A DNA stretch of 64,000 nucleotides, taken from Phaeosaccion multiseriatum. Taxonomy: Eukaryota > Protista > Ochrophyta, other classes. The stretch lies in contig OZ218952.1 of assembly GCA_965112735.1 (NCBI GenBank), positions 5,797,264 to 5,861,263 on the forward strand, written 5' to 3'. Numbering within the stretch: position 1 is the stretch's first letter; every line of letters begins with the position of its first letter. Position numbers and translations under genes: made by a program. This document shows, in pieces, positions 61,801 through 64,000 of the stretch. The notes under the pieces were generated by a model. The model saw only the letters and a program-made list of their open reading frames with translations. It made no database searches and had not been told where the DNA came from.

Positions 61801-64000
61801 AAGCTTGAAGCCAGCCTTGGCGAGAGCATCAAGCACAGACTGGAGAATGGAGCGGAACTCCTCCTCCGTGTGTGCCCAAATGGTAATGCTGTCGATCCAA
61901 GTGACGAGGTTGGTGCCAAAGTGCTCGCTGAGGCACTTGGACAGAGTGCTCTGAGCAAACTCGCTGGCATTGAGAATGCCTTGAGTGACTCTGGTGGGAG
62001 TGAATTTCCCATCCGGAGTGCAGTAGGTCAGAATCTCCTGGCTTTGGAGAGCCAAAGGGAGTTGCCAAAACATGTTGGCGAGGTCTAGCTCACAAAAGAA
62101 GCGAGCCCCCCTCATCCTAGCGCAAATTTCGCTAAGGTTCGGCATGGGGAAGCGCGAGCGAAGGGTGCGCACATTGACCTCTTGATAGTCGGCCACTTGC
62201 CGAAATTGGCCTGGTTTGCCCGGCTTGGCTATGCAGAAGGCACGGCTAGCCCACACAGCTTGAGGGTTCGCGTAGTGGTACCCGAACTGTGTCAGTTGAT
62301 CGGTGAAGTCTTTGAGGAAGTCTCTCCGAGCTCCCGATTGGTAGATGGGAAGTTGACAGATGGGTTCCGCTCCCTCCTTGAGTCGAATGACCATGGGATC
62401 TACCTTGGCCGGTGGATCGTGCATAAGCACTTTGCTTCGCCACACTTGAGGATGGGAGGTGAGAACCTCATAGAGCGCGTCTGAGTCAGTGAAGCCGTTT
62501 AGTGCAGCTTTCTCTACGATGGGAAGGAGACTTTGCTTGATGAGATTTTCTTCAAGACATGGAGAGTCGGACACCTCGGGTAGAGGATCATCGTAGCTGG
62601 AAAAGGGTTCATTAGTTTGAGTTCCAACCCGACTTTGAGAGTCGAATGTGGCCGAGGCTATGTGAAAGACCTCAGTGCTAGTATACAATGGTTGATAAAC
62701 CTCATCCATGAAAGAATCCCAGTTGTCTATATCGAAATTGACGCTTGTCGAATCAAGCTGGGCTGGCAGAGCTTCTTCAGTAGTACAAGACTGCAGGAGA
62801 GAACTGACTTTCACTGTCGCTGCTTCAGCAGTAGTGGCAGTCGAGTGGCGCAGTTCTTGAGGCACATCAGAGCCTGCCCGCGCAGCCTGCCTCTCAGCTT
62901 CTTCCTTCAGCTGTTCACGAGGCAGTTTGAGTCCCAGTTTGTGTGCAAGACGTTTGCCCAAGTAAAACATTGCTGTTTCTCCCTCGCGAGGCTGATATAG
63001 CAAAGCAGAGAGAGGGGGCAGTGCAAGCGAAGAGACAGGTCCAGCTTCAGTTTGGATGTGGAAATGAAATCCAGTAAGCTGTTGCACAATGACCTGAGTT
63101 GAGCTCTGACCAAAGGGTTGGAGCTGCACGGGTTTGGGTAGAGTGACAAGTTGCACATCCATACCTTCCGCGATCATGCTCTCTGCCACTGGGAGGGGCA
63201 AAAGGCAAAAGGTCTCTGCTCCTGTGTCCACCATGCAATCGATGGTCTTCTTCTTCATATCTGTGCCCATGGCAAGAGCATGCAAAGAAGTGGGAGAAGC
63301 AGAGAAGAGAGAAATGGTGCCATCAGTTTGAGTTTCAGACACCGAGTCAAGAGCATCAGAAGAGGAGACAGAACTCACCTTCTTCTTGCCCTTCTTAGGA
63401 GGATTCCATGGTAGTCCCTTGTCAGCCATGATTTTGCGACGATCCGCTTCTGAGGTGACCTTGGGACAGCTGTAAATGCTGTGATCCGGACTTTGACATC
63501 CAAAGCAGATGCGTGGCTGTCGCTGAGGCTGATCAGGCTTGAGCTTCTTAGGCTCCTTCTCGCCTGGAGGGGAGGAATCAGAGGAAGAGGCATGGGCAGA
63601 CCGCTTGCGATCTTGCGCTGCTTGCTTCTTCTGTCGAGAGTGCTCCTTGTCAGAGTTGAGTTGCTTCTTAGACTTGTTGGGGTGATGCTTCTCAGCAATC
63701 TGCTCCAAAGTAGGCAAAATCTCATGCTTGACCGCAGTAGACATGCTGCGATAGACATGAAGAAACGTCTGGATCTGCTCTTTCCACTCAGGGACAAAGG
63801 CAGTCCAAGTCTTCAGCGTGTCGTTCTTGAGCCGAAAGTGACTATTGAGATGGTCCTTCAGACCAGGAACAGTGTGGCAGGCATTGATCAAGGTGGTAGT
63901 CAAGAGTTTGGTACCCTCCCGACTAACCTGCTGATGATTGTCATCAAAGAACTGCGAACGCACTCCGTGTGTGTTCATGGCCTCAGAGATTGTGGCCAAA
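58826..64000 (-). mobile_element. Ty3/gypsy chromovirus LTR retrotransposon; probable 3' LTR 58826-59090; 5' part outside the window
   Basis: TG...CA segment with adjacent PPT (GAGGGGAAG) and a continuous gag-pol ORF. Confidence 0.92.
59209..63999 (-). CDS. Gag-Pol polyprotein (Zn knuckle, PR, RT, RNase H, IN, chromodomain); 5'-partial
   Basis: CFGCQSPDHSIYSC; VDTGA; LDLANMFWQ...QG...WIDS; DAS..KE..TDHRNL..D; HHCC; FDF..SDRG..NGLAER; WKGF..TWEP. Confidence 0.95.
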   Translation of the reverse strand: MATISEAMNTHGVRSQFFDDNHQQVSREGTKLLTTTLINACHTVPGLKDHLNSHFRLKNDTLKTWTAFVPEWKEQIQTFLHVYRSMSTAVKHEILPTLEQIAEKHHPNKSKKQLNSDKEHSRQKKQAAQDRKRSAHASSSDSSPPGEKEPKKLKPDQPQRQPRICFGCQSPDHSIYSCPKVTSEADRRKIMADKGLPWNPPKKGKKKVSSVSSSDALDSVSETQTDGTISLFSASPTSLHALAMGTDMKKKTIDCMVDTGAETFCLLPLPVAESMIAEGMDVQLVTLPKPVQLQPFGQSSTQVIVQQLTGFHFHIQTEAGPVSSLALPPLSALLYQPREGETAMFYLGKRLAHKLGLKLPREQLKEEAERQAARAGSDVPQELRHSTATTAEAATVKVSSLLQSCTTEEALPAQLDSTSVNFDIDNWDSFMDEVYQPLYTSTEVFHIASATFDSQSRVGTQTNEPFSSYDDPLPEVSDSPCLEENLIKQSLLPIVEKAALNGFTDSDALYEVLTSHPQVWRSKVLMHDPPAKVDPMVIRLKEGAEPICQLPIYQSGARRDFLKDFTDQLTQFGYHYANPQAVWASRAFCIAKPGKPGQFRQVADYQEVNVRTLRSRFPMPNLSEICARMRGARFFCELDLANMFWQLPLALQSQEILTYCTPDGKFTPTRVTQGILNASEFAQSTLSKCLSEHFGTNLVTWIDSITIWAHTEEEFRSILQSVLDALAKAGFKLGLSGISLGNSQKFCGKIYDGEGVKHDPAKIQGLLDLEPPQNGAELIQFTAACGWMRDSIPEFARIVAPLLELQHSVFNKAAANRQQRRHPETASTATPRTKRVARSISLSSVGWGPTHTAAFQEMNDALATQTKLAYPDPDKARCIFPDASNPHWGNVVTQIPTEDLGKPVAQQRHEPLAWLSGSYTGAQCNYATIDKEAFAILQVFERLPWLVSGVHLFIYTDHRNLQYCFRPSSIISDVHKPSRERLQRWSVFLSGFDYEIAHLSGELNVWGDIMSRFRSLPNSPPVSVDPSSDDTVHVAALTRSFAPGAIHDSMDSDFLWPSMDELRSSQAAAQGDLTLEDLAKAQSLKSIVLDPIQNVLVIPLSETSNPIWVPNDDIDLQVRLAVIAHQGSAGHRAIDVTLTVLSERFYWSTMANNVQSFVNHCLHCLTNSSGHRIPRPLRGSVHPTKPNQMIHFDFVHMHDLGCTTLPYLLVIQDAFSGYTMLNECATPTADAAVSGLMRWFSTFGVVTKWQSDRGSHFLNHVMKRLATELRALHRFSAPYSPWSNGLAERAVRTTVSVYRSLLSEFRISPDDYNLLTPLVQAAINTTISSTRKETPLYLHTGLRSTTPLDIVLQRGDSFDVNFQSTSITPEQLQTYGAQLQAVLDDRHAAVAARLEHSRATARTRHNRRLELTSLGHQHRREMAISADLNYEGLYMPGIYVLVASNSRYSKLSGVWQGPYRVLEEIDTLVYKVEHLVSKQTSEVHACRLRYYADQHLNVTTQLLHQISHDSASWVVSSFTDLQRPSQGDSWKVYTFWKGFNAADATWEPLEVMHDDVPALLKDFLSSFPRRTLAEDAKRFLRSRGISTRRRPRTGRR

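Overview
Eukaryotic, intron-rich, GC-rich DNA, most consistent with a stramenopile such as an ochrophyte alga (inferred from gene content only). The window has two sharply different halves. (1) 1-37.2 kb is gene-dense, with mostly head-to-head gene pairs: H15(linker histone)-FKBP fusion / glucokinase; AMPK beta / AMPK alpha; RBM26/27-like / IleRS; SLC12 cotransporter / ArfGAP; LARP4-like / papain-family protease; then a PH-domain MAPK and Sas10/Utp3 separated by a 450-bp foldback. (2) 37.4-64 kb holds a truncated REL-type non-LTR retrotransposon followed by about 25 kb of (GGGA)n/(GAGT)n/(GT)n complex satellite. The satellite contains five LTR insertions (two solo LTRs, a non-coding 1.5-kb element, an internally deleted chromovirus and an open-frame chromovirus gag-pol), nested MITEs and a 76-bp palindrome. 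It also hides in-phase minus-strand exons of an F-type-lectin/galactose-binding-like domain. Most notable observations: an apparent tRNA-independent, Tf1-style self-priming signal in the LTR elements; an RT with WIDS in place of YxDD in an otherwise intact pol; the hidden gene with satellite-filled introns; the glucokinase-AMPKb-AMPKa cluster; and the H1-FKBP fusion. Exon boundaries were read by eye and gene spans are approximate.
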